From an uncultured archaeon (GTDB lineage: Archaea > Asgardarchaeota > Heimdallarchaeia > Heimdallarchaeales > Kariarchaeaceae), in NCBI GenBank assembly GCA_964645535.1, contig CAZYCQ010000051.1, forward strand, positions 1-23,561: DNA of 23,561 bases, in the 5' to 3' direction. Below, piece after piece: positions 8,019-15,852 of this stretch (positions are counted from its first letter, which is position 1; each line of letters opens with the position of its first letter). Under the pieces are notes generated by a model, which was not told the DNA's origin, searched no databases, and saw nothing but the letters and a program-made list of their open reading frames with translations. The position numbers and the translations under genes were made by a program.

Positions 8019-8468
8019 TCAGTTTTTTGTCTGTTCCTGTTCACCTAACCTTTGGATTAGTTGGCTTAATCGTCCAAGGAGAGGCTGAACCTTGGATTCG
8101 AAATGAATGCTGATCTGATTCTGAATTGTTTCGGGAGTTATCCTTTCTTCTTTTTGTCGTTCTTCCTCTAACGCCTGGATTCTGGCACTTAACCCTTTGA
8201 TTTTGTTGTCTAGTTCATTGATCTTGTCCTCAAATTGCGAAGAAGTGTTAAGTTCACTGGTGATTTCAGAAATCGCCAGTTTCTGGGACATTTCATCATC
8301 GTGTACATACCCTCGATCCAGATAAATCTCGACAGCCCTATTGATTAGGTCTGTTGTAGTTGATCCCATGCGTGCAGCGGTCTGTTGCAATCTTTCCTTA
8401 AGCTTCTTATCGAACCAGAATGTTGTGGCCACTCGATCCTTTCGTCTTGTTGAAACCATCTCATTCAT
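8019..8468 (-). CDS. Ribbon-helix-helix (CopG/Arc-like) DNA-binding domain plus coiled-coil protein
   Basis: RVATTFWFDKKLKERLQQTAARMGSTTTDLINRAVEIYL fits the RHH strand-helix-helix pattern; heptad repeat in FEDKINELDNKIKGLSARIQALEEE. Start moved from 8624 to ATG 8468 (or 8459) because the longer version overlaps cysS. Confidence 0.7.
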   Translation of the reverse strand: MNEMVSTRRKDRVATTFWFDKKLKERLQQTAARMGSTTTDLINRAVEIYLDRGYVHDDEMSQKLAISEITSELNTSSQFEDKINELDNKIKGLSARIQALEEERQKEERITPETIQNQISIHFESKVQPLLGRLSQLIQRLGEQEQTKN

Positions 8469-8594
8469 ATTTGGGGCAACTGGTACAAAAATCTGTTGGA
8501 ATTTAGCCTGTATCTTCCTGCATTCGCAGTTGAACCTTGAAATGCCTTCTAAGATATGATTTATTAAATGCAAATTGCTAAGCTCATTCGACAG

Positions 8595-10046
8595 ATGGCA
8601 TCTAAAGACCACCCACAGACTCACATCGATCTTCAGATCTATGATTCACAGACACATTCAGTCAGGAAGTTTGAACCAATAGAACCTGGCTTAGTTAAGA
8701 TGTACGTGTGTGGTCCCACGGTTTATGATGATGCGCATGTCGGTCATGCACGAAGTCAAATCGTCTTCGACGTCATCAGAAGAGTGTTTGAGTATTTTGG
8801 GTATAGAGTTTTCTACGTTTCGAATTATACGGACATTGATGACAAAATGATCAATAGAGCCGCTGAAGAGGGCATCTCTGTTCAGGAACTGGCCAAGCGC
8901 ATCATTCGGAGTGTAGAGGATGATTTCAGGAGCTTGAACATACAGCCACCGACTGTTCGGCCGAAGGCAACGGAACATATAGACGGGATGGTACAGATAG
9001 TTCAGGGTCTTATCAACAAGGGATATGCATATGCGAAGGATAGTGGAGTCTATTTCAGGGTTCAATCATTTCCGGGATACGGAACCATGACGAATTTCAA
9101 ACTGGAGGATTCTCAATCGACGGAGGATGATGGAAACCCCCTTGACAAGGAGCACCGTGCAGATTTCGCTTTGATGAAGAAATCAAAAGAGGGAGAACCC
9201 TTTTGGGAAACACCGTGGGGCAAGATGCGACCAGGGTGGCACATCGAATGTTCTGCGATGTCAATGCATTACCTGGGAGAAACCTTTGATATCCATGGTG
9301 GAGGGCAAGACTTGGCCTTTCCGCACCATGTCAATGAGATTGCCCAATCAGAAGCATACACAGGGAAAAAATTTTCGAACTTTTTCATTCATCATGGCTT
9401 TTTGACGACCAACAAAGAAAAGATGAGTAAAAGTCTCAAGAACTTCTTTACCATCAAAGACGTTCTGAAGAAATATGATGGGGATACTTTGAGATTCTTT
9501 ATGCTTCAAGCCCATTACAGGAAACCTTTGGAGTATGCAACCGAAGGCCTTGAAGAAGCCCAAGTCCAAGTGAAGAAATTCAAGACAACTTTGGAACAGA
9601 TAGAGGCTGCATCCAAGCGAAAGGGAAGCTTTGAGAAAATCGAGGACATGGAACAATTGGCGGTTAAGGCAGTCAAATTCGAGATGGAGTTTGTCAAAGC
9701 ATTAGCAAATGACTTCAACACACCCGACGCCCTTTCTACACTCTATGCGTTCCAGAAAGAGATCAATAAGGTACAACGGAAGGTTGCAGACATAGATGGC
9801 ACTTTTTGGGGAGACATTGTCGCAAGATTCAAACGAATGTTACGGGTTTTAGGTCTTTCATTTGCAGAAGGACAGGTTTCAGAGGATTCACTGTCAACTG
9901 AATTAATGGATCTAATAATCAATATTCGACAGGAAGCCAGAAAGAGAAAAGATTGGGAAACTGCAGATCAGATAAGAGATCAACTTAAAGAGATCGGAAT
10001 TGTTCTTGAGGATGTTAAAGGGCAGACCGTCTGGAAAAAAGCATAG
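8595..10046 (+). CDS. cysS: Cysteine--tRNA ligase (class I)
   Basis: [14 protein letters not shown] (HIGH motif), [54 protein letters not shown] 8595 preferred over 8568. Confidence 0.98.
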   Translation: MASKDHPQTHIDLQIYDSQTHSVRKFEPIEPGLVKMYVCGPTVYDDAHVGHARSQIVFDVIRRVFEYFGYRVFYVSNYTDIDDKMINRAAEEGISVQELAKRIIRSVEDDFRSLNIQPPTVRPKATEHIDGMVQIVQGLINKGYAYAKDSGVYFRVQSFPGYGTMTNFKLEDSQSTEDDGNPLDKEHRADFALMKKSKEGEPFWETPWGKMRPGWHIECSAMSMHYLGETFDIHGGGQDLAFPHHVNEIAQSEAYTGKKFSNFFIHHGFLTTNKEKMSKSLKNFFTIKDVLKKYDGDTLRFFMLQAHYRKPLEYATEGLEEAQVQVKKFKTTLEQIEAASKRKGSFEKIEDMEQLAVKAVKFEMEFVKALANDFNTPDALSTLYAFQKEINKVQRKVADIDGTFWGDIVARFKRMLRVLGLSFAEGQVSEDSLSTELMDLIINIRQEARKRKDWETADQIRDQLKEIGIVLEDVKGQTVWKKA

Positions 10047-10781
10047 TCATTTAAATCTACGTCTATAAAGCCAAGGTTTCCTCTTGAAGAAATTTTTCAG
10101 CATTACTCCAGGAATGGTCCAAGTGTCCCTGAACAGAGAAAATTTGGACACACGATCTTCGAAGTATAAGGAGGGCAAGTGAATCGTTGCAATTTTCATT
10201 CCTTTGATTCTTGCATCAATCAGGATTTCCGTTTCTGCCTCAAAGCCATATCTTCCTTTTTTCTTTGGTCTGAAATCCAAAACCTTGACAGCAGTATTCC
10301 TATAAGCACGATAACCGTTCTGTGGATCTTCTACAACAAACCCGTTGTACAGAATCCATAGTCCAAAACGGGAAAGAAGATTGGAAAGTTTCCGTAAGAA
10401 CGGCATGTTTTCCACCCAATCAACAGTTCCGAACCGTGAAGCAATCACCATATCAACAGTGGGATCTTGAAACGCCTTCATGAATTTGGGGATGTATTCC
10501 GGTCTATGTTGACCATCGCCATCAATTGTGAAAAGGAAATCAAAACCCGACTTGAGGAAATACTGTGTACCAATGTAAATTGCAGTGCCCTTTCCCATAT
10601 TGGGATTGTATGAGACAACTGTTGCACCATGTTCTAAGGCAATCTCTTTTGTTTGATCGGTGCTTCCGTCATTGATGACAACAACTTTGTCGACATAACT
10701 CTTGACGGAGTCGACCGTCTGTCCTATGGCCTTCTCCTCATTGAAGGCGGGGATAATTGCCATTACTCTGCCTTTTGCCAT
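10047..10781 (-). CDS. Glycosyltransferase family 2 (DPM/DPG synthase-like)
   Basis: IIPAFNEE, NDGSTDQT, NMGKG, IDGDGQH, ASRF, DPQNGYRAY, FEAETE. Confidence 0.92.
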   Translation of the reverse strand: MAKGRVMAIIPAFNEEKAIGQTVDSVKSYVDKVVVINDGSTDQTKEIALEHGATVVSYNPNMGKGTAIYIGTQYFLKSGFDFLFTIDGDGQHRPEYIPKFMKAFQDPTVDMVIASRFGTVDWVENMPFLRKLSNLLSRFGLWILYNGFVVEDPQNGYRAYRNTAVKVLDFRPKKKGRYGFEAETEILIDARIKGMKIATIHLPSLYFEDRVSKFSLFRDTWTIPGVMLKNFFKRKPWLYRRRFK

Positions 10782-10961
10782 AGAAACGCACTACAAATAT
10801 CCACATGTTTGTCTGTTCAAAATCTGTTCGGTAAGTATTGTGCAAAATGGACAGTTATGGAAAAATGCATTCAGCCCATAGCGAAAAAATCAAGTTTTTT
10901 GTTACCCTTCGAGGATAAACAAATATTAACATTTATATTTAGGTAGCACGATAGATTAATT

Positions 10962-12119
10962 ATGGTGAAAAACAAGACTGCCTTGGATCGATTCTTTACC
11001 CATAGTACATGGGTAATCAAACGATTTCTTACATTTGTCTTTATACTGACCATTCTTGGAGTGGTTTTGTATAACTCATCCAACCCTGTTTGGACATCAA
11101 CATATCTTGGTGAGGGAAAGACATCCGTTGTTATTGATCTCAATAAATCTGGACAAACCCAGTTTCTCATTTTTCCATCCAATTCGAACCATGACCAATA
11201 TGTTGATTTCAAAATCAGTCTATTTGCCGAAATAGACGGAAATTGGACATTTATTAAGACATTTCCCAGTGAAAGGGTTGTTCATATCATTTCTTTGGAT
11301 AAAGGAACCTACAAGCTAGAGTTTGAAAATTCGGGAGTCTTGCGCACAAATATAGAAGTTGTTGTTGCTCAAGCGGATCCAACATTTCTGATCTTATTTT
11401 TCGGTGCTTTAGTGGCATTCGGAATTTTTCTTTTCCTTGTCCAATTGATCTTTCCCTTATATTTCATCTTACTTGTCATTTCCCTTCTGAGAACACCATA
11501 TGAAGAGGAAGGTGTGGGAAGCATAACTCGCGGAACAGCCACCCCAACCAAAAAGGGGACATCCCTGTTGGGGATTCCCGAAGAAGATTTGACCCAAAAT
11601 GATAAGATAGGATTTGCTATTGCAGGTCTCTTCGTAACAATAGGGTTAATTGGGTATGCATTTCCCATGATACTATTTGGGGCATTGATTTTTGTTGGTA
11701 CCTACACCAATGCACAGAACAGGTCGAAACTTAGGAAGAGATTCATCAATTTTGTCAATCATCCTCCCTATCCACATTCATATACTTTGAAGGAAATTTC
11801 GTTTGTACTTGGAGAAGATATTGGTAAACTTGAAACTCTTGTTCTTCATATGGCACTGGATCTAGGGTATCCATTGGAATATGACAAGGAAAGTCAAACA
11901 GTGACAGTCATGGAATCATTGACAAGGCCAGAGATAGATTTCCAAAGAAAAATCACGACTATTAACTCTCAAACAGAAGATTATGCAATTGGGGAAGTTG
12001 AAACTGTCGAGCAAGTAGAGCAACCTGCGGAAGGAGTTTTCTGTGTGAAATGCGGAGTTCCATTACCTGATGGCGCAATATTCTGCTACAACTGTGGTTC
12101 AAAGAATCAAAATGCATGA
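10962..12119 (+). CDS. Multi-pass membrane protein with extracytoplasmic beta domain, winged-helix-like region and C-terminal zinc ribbon
   Basis: N-terminal TM, about 100 aa of beta-rich sequence, a long hydrophobic segment, a hydrophobic hairpin, and C-terminal FCVKCGVPLPDGAIFCYNCG (CxxC-x10-CxxC). Confidence 0.8.
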   Translation: MVKNKTALDRFFTHSTWVIKRFLTFVFILTILGVVLYNSSNPVWTSTYLGEGKTSVVIDLNKSGQTQFLIFPSNSNHDQYVDFKISLFAEIDGNWTFIKTFPSERVVHIISLDKGTYKLEFENSGVLRTNIEVVVAQADPTFLILFFGALVAFGIFLFLVQLIFPLYFILLVISLLRTPYEEEGVGSITRGTATPTKKGTSLLGIPEEDLTQNDKIGFAIAGLFVTIGLIGYAFPMILFGALIFVGTYTNAQNRSKLRKRFINFVNHPPYPHSYTLKEISFVLGEDIGKLETLVLHMALDLGYPLEYDKESQTVTVMESLTRPEIDFQRKITTINSQTEDYAIGEVETVEQVEQPAEGVFCVKCGVPLPDGAIFCYNCGSKNQNA

Positions 12120-12306
12120 GACCGTTCAATTTACACTACGTTTGCCTTAACTTTGGAGATATTAATAACAACGGCTGAAAATCCGAAAATTCAAAGAATT
12201 GTAATTGAACGTTGTACGATTTAAAGGAGAATGTGTTCAAGACGATTTTCGGAAAAAACCAGAAATTTTAGACAGCAGATAGTTTAAAGACCGTTTCAAA
12301 TCACCA

Positions 12307-12323
12307 AAAAACATAATGTTTTT
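12307..12323. promoter_or_regulatory. Palindrome AAAAACAT-A-ATGTTTTT, candidate operator
   Basis: Perfect 8-bp arms around a 1-nt centre, about 60 nt upstream of the paralogous gene pair. AT-rich, so a chance occurrence is possible. Confidence 0.4.
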
Positions 12324-12383
12324 GCCTTTTAATTCCATGAACAACAGTTATTTTTTTTTACTTAAGGTACCCTTTCCGCAGTG

Positions 12384-12752
12384 ATGCCATACGAATTTAG
12401 TGATGAAGAGGCAGAAAAAATGTGGATATTCGGAAACCAAATCATGATTTTCAGCTCTGCACTCTTCGTTATTGGAATATTTGGAGTGGGTGATGTGATA
12501 TTGACTGTACTCAGAGCTCCGTTTACATTTGAAATTTTCGTTAGATTGGTTTCCTTTTTGGGAACAATTGGGATATCGATCTTGCTGATTAGACCTTCAG
12601 ACAATTTCAAGAAAATTTCAGTCAGTGAGGGGAGGGACATTTCAGAATTGATGCAGGGGCTCAGAGAGTTCAACATGGGATTTGTGGTCATTTCAGTATT
12701 GTTGATCTTGATAGGAGTTCTTCTTGGAATTTTGATTGTTAGTGGTGGTTAA
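12384..12752 (+). CDS. Small 3-TM membrane protein, paralog A
   Basis: MPYEFSDEE start and SEGRDISELMQGL loop; similar to the next ORF. ATG 12384 (GTG 12381 alternative). Confidence 0.8.
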   Translation: MPYEFSDEEAEKMWIFGNQIMIFSSALFVIGIFGVGDVILTVLRAPFTFEIFVRLVSFLGTIGISILLIRPSDNFKKISVSEGRDISELMQGLREFNMGFVVISVLLILIGVLLGILIVSGG

Positions 12753-12755
12753 GGT

Positions 12756-13115
12756 ATGAGTTACGAGTTCACACATGAAGAAAATGAGACCTTCCTTGCC
12801 TTTGTAGTAAGGATTTTGCTTCTTTCTTTCAGTTCAATCCTGGCAGGAAGCCTTTTGCTTATCTATTCATTTGATGGAGGGTTCAAAGGAGGATATTTTC
12901 TCTTTTCCATAGGAATGTTTGTTCTGGCGGTAACATTCTTATCTCCAATTAAAAACATTCAGAACATCATTTTGACATCAGGCAATGATATCGAAGAATT
13001 GGTGGAGGGAATTGAGAAAACCAATAAATTTTTTTACGGTTCAATCGTGATTTTTTGGCTTCTCGCAATTTTTACGACGATTACATTCATCATTACGTTG
13101 GTTGAATTTATTTAG
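12756..13115 (+). CDS. Small 3-TM membrane protein, paralog B
   Basis: MSYEFTHEE start and TSGNDIEELVEGI loop; begins 3 nt after the stop of paralog A. Confidence 0.8.
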   Translation: MSYEFTHEENETFLAFVVRILLLSFSSILAGSLLLIYSFDGGFKGGYFLFSIGMFVLAVTFLSPIKNIQNIILTSGNDIEELVEGIEKTNKFFYGSIVIFWLLAIFTTITFIITLVEFI

Positions 13116-13792
13116 AATGAGCGGGAGGAAATCAACCAAATTCCAGAAAATATTACAATTACCCCAACGAATTTTTTGATGATATTCGATGATTTGTTGA
13201 GATCTTTGATAAACGTAGCCTTCAGTTCAGGAGTCAGCAGTGCAATCACCAAAAATGGGATGGATGCACCGGCAGTAAATAGCCCGTATGAAAGAATTTT
13301 TTCCGGTAAAGAAAGAAGGGAGGCCTGTGTCCATGAAAAGAGAAAGTAGGAGGCAGCACAGGGTGCTGCAATTAGGGTAAATGAAACTCCAATAAGAAAG
13401 GAAACAACAGGCAGGCTCGTTTCCTCTTCAACTGAAAAAATCCTGTTCAAGAGGTTCGGTGTTTGGAGGTTTGTGACAAAAGAGGGAGTCCAGACCATGA
13501 AAGCACCAATGACAATTAACAGAAGACCTTGAAAAATTGCGAATGCGGCAGAATTCTTCAGAATAAACTTTGTCATCGAAACCAATGCAGAAGCGACAAG
13601 TCCGAAAATGGTATATACCAACATCAATCCTGCCAATAGAAAAATGAGTGAGAAGAAAACATATAGTCTGTTATTTTGTTTCTCTCGTGCAATTATTGCC
13701 AAATAAGAAGGCAATAAGGGGAAGAGACAAGGGCTTAATGCAGTAAGTATTCCTAGTGGGAATTGAACTGCGAATATCTCTAGGAATCCCAT
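13112..13792 (-). CDS. ccdA: CcdA / DsbD transmembrane-domain thiol-disulfide transporter
   Basis: About 6 TM with two Pro-Cys motifs: GILTALSPCLFPLLPSY and IAAPCAAS; GASIPF. Confidence 0.88.
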   Translation of the reverse strand: MGFLEIFAVQFPLGILTALSPCLFPLLPSYLAIIAREKQNNRLYVFFSLIFLLAGLMLVYTIFGLVASALVSMTKFILKNSAAFAIFQGLLLIVIGAFMVWTPSFVTNLQTPNLLNRIFSVEEETSLPVVSFLIGVSFTLIAAPCAASYFLFSWTQASLLSLPEKILSYGLFTAGASIPFLVIALLTPELKATFIKDLNKSSNIIKKFVGVIVIFSGIWLISSRSF

Positions 13793-13838
13793 AGGTTGAA
13801 GTTTGCCAGTTATTTAAAATATTTTATTAAGTGGGTGA

Positions 13839-15461
13839 TTAGTATCCGGTACTCATTCTTGATGAAAGCATGAGGGTTTGGAATAGTTCATCATACATTG
13901 AAACCAAAGCCACGTGGGCAATTTCACTTTCAAATGTTTCTTTCTTTTCCGTAGTTTTTCCGAAGAGCTTCAGAACCAGCCAGCGAGTAGCTTTGAAAAT
14001 CACCTTGAAAGGAAGAATAATAAATTCGATCAAAGCCACAAATATTTGGCGGACAATGCGACCAATTTGAATCCTCCTTTGTTTCTTCTCATGCGGGGTT
14101 CTGTTTCGGAATTTTGAAATCGATTCCCTCATCTTCTGTGGAGTTGCAAGAAGTTGATTTCTTATTTCTTGGTATCGCAATTTCATAAAGGAAAGAGGAG
14201 ATCGTTTTCGTGTTCCGACAAACTCCGTTACCCAATATTTGTAGAAACCTATTGCATAGGCATAGAAATCCTGGAGAAGGACAATGGGAAGGGCAAAAAT
14301 TCCAATGAAAAAGTTCTTGATGCGCAATTTGATCCGTTCATTTTTCTCACGGAATGAGTAGTGATCCTTTAAAAACTGCCTTGCCCCGAACGCAAGTCCT
14401 GTACTGATTTGACCAAGTTCAAGATCTTCAAAATATTCTGAAAATTTCTGTTCCTCCATGATTATGGCCTTCAAAGCAGCAGTGATAAGCAGATTGTTGA
14501 TGAGATCCTCGTCTTCCTGCCCAGCTTGGATCTTGAAACTCATATTCATCAGATTGAACTCAGCCTCTTCCACAGTCAGATGATATTTCTCTGCAAATTC
14601 TTTGACTGCTTTCTTTCTTTTCCAAGGTCTTAAGGGAAATTCAAGTTGATAATACTGTAATGCAAACTCCCGGGCTTTTTCTTCTCGAATATTTCTGAAA
14701 TCCAGTTTTGAGAGATTTTCTTCACTGGATCCCATAAGTTCAGAGATCATTTCACGTGCTTTTTTGGGCATTTGGCCTTCTTCTCTTCCAAGGAGAGTGG
14801 TCAATTTCTCTGCAACTTCATTGAGTTGTTCGCTCATTTCTTCCTTAAACTCCTCAAGGGAATCTTGGTCGACAGGAGGCATGTCCAGAAGTAGAAATCC
14901 GGCAGAAGTACTAATAAATGGAATGGCAAGAACTGATTCAATGGCTTTGAAAATAACAGCCCCACGATAATTTCCATGCCGCAGGCAGAACAATTTTGCC
15001 TGTTCGGCCAAGGCATAAGGAGGACCAAATATCCCTGCAAATGTTGAAAGTGCCATGGTCGCAGAGCTGAAGATGAAAATAAGTACTGGCCCAAATTCAC
15101 CAAACCGCTCTTGGGAGAAGAAAGCTATCAGACCTAGAGACAAAGCCACACCAGATAAGGCAAAATCAACGGTTTGACCAATTCCTTTTCTTAGAGCATA
15201 TCCTTCAGCTACCTCGTCAACCTTGCTTGCCATTTCACTGAACTGACTCAAAGCCTGCTCAGCCTCAAGACGTTTTGGATCAGCCAATAATCTGGATAAG
15301 GCCAGTAGGAAAGTTCGATTCACTTCCAAAAGGGGAACATATTCTTGAAACTTTGGGGGAAATACTGCATCATAGATAACCAAAATGAGGTTTGAAATGA
15401 TTGCAACCAAAAATATCGGCAATGTCAATATGTTTACCAAAAACCGACCAATTAAGCCCAT
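13839..15461 (-). CDS. Hypothetical alpha-helical membrane-associated protein (about 540 aa)
   Basis: Long ORF. ATG 15461 preferred over TTG 15506 because an AT-rich promoter-like tract lies between them. Hydrophobic hairpin, acidic helical core, basic C-terminal part. Confidence 0.8.
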   Translation of the reverse strand: MGLIGRFLVNILTLPIFLVAIISNLILVIYDAVFPPKFQEYVPLLEVNRTFLLALSRLLADPKRLEAEQALSQFSEMASKVDEVAEGYALRKGIGQTVDFALSGVALSLGLIAFFSQERFGEFGPVLIFIFSSATMALSTFAGIFGPPYALAEQAKLFCLRHGNYRGAVIFKAIESVLAIPFISTSAGFLLLDMPPVDQDSLEEFKEEMSEQLNEVAEKLTTLLGREEGQMPKKAREMISELMGSSEENLSKLDFRNIREEKAREFALQYYQLEFPLRPWKRKKAVKEFAEKYHLTVEEAEFNLMNMSFKIQAGQEDEDLINNLLITAALKAIIMEEQKFSEYFEDLELGQISTGLAFGARQFLKDHYSFREKNERIKLRIKNFFIGIFALPIVLLQDFYAYAIGFYKYWVTEFVGTRKRSPLSFMKLRYQEIRNQLLATPQKMRESISKFRNRTPHEKKQRRIQIGRIVRQIFVALIEFIILPFKVIFKATRWLVLKLFGKTTEKKETFESEIAHVALVSMYDELFQTLMLSSRMSTGY

Positions 15462-15588
15462 TACTTCAATTAGACAGATCAAGTATTTTAGTTTTTTAAG
15501 TGTCAAAGCAACATTTGTTTAGGACTCTTGGAGGTTTTGGGGAAGAGGGAAAGCAAGCCACATACGTAAATATTCCCCAAGTAGGTTG

Positions 15589-15603
15589 CACCTATAATAG
15601 GTG
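15589..15603. promoter_or_regulatory. Palindrome CACCTAT-A-ATAGGTG centred on a TATA-like element
   Basis: Perfect 7-bp arms; contains TATAA (15593-15597), 25-29 nt upstream of ATG 15622. Confidence 0.5.
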
Positions 15604-15621
15604 AGAAAAGAACCCATCCCC

Positions 15622-15801
15622 ATGGATCGTTATATTGAATATCAAGAAAATGAAAAAATCGCCTTTGTCAACGAGATTTTTGGTTTGATCGACAAATATT
15701 TCGAATTAAAGGATCAGGCCGAAGAGAATCCCAAGCTTCATGCAACTTTGGAGAATATAGATTTACGTTTCAAGGAATTGGTTGAGAAAATTGCCCATTG
15801 A
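15622..15801 (+). CDS. Small hypothetical helical-hairpin protein (59 aa)
   Basis: MDRYIEYQENEKIAFVNEIFGLIDKYFELKDQAEENPKLHATLENIDLRFKELVEKIAH: two amphipathic helices, lies in an otherwise empty gap, TATA-like box at the expected distance. Confidence 0.65.
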   Translation: MDRYIEYQENEKIAFVNEIFGLIDKYFELKDQAEENPKLHATLENIDLRFKELVEKIAH

Positions 15802-15852
15802 TGTCCACATCAATAAACTACACTTTTTATGGTTTTAAACTGAATTTCAAGC

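Noticed and set aside
8469-8624. 52-aa N-terminal extension of the RHH ORF, overlapping cysS head to head
   Set aside because: Not protein-like and covers the divergent promoter region; ATG 8468 or 8459 fits better.
15000-15200. SLATT-type or dynamin-paddle hairpin in the 540-aa protein, implying a defence effector or fusogen
   Set aside because: The resemblance is superficial; there is no GTPase motif and no defence-associated neighbour.
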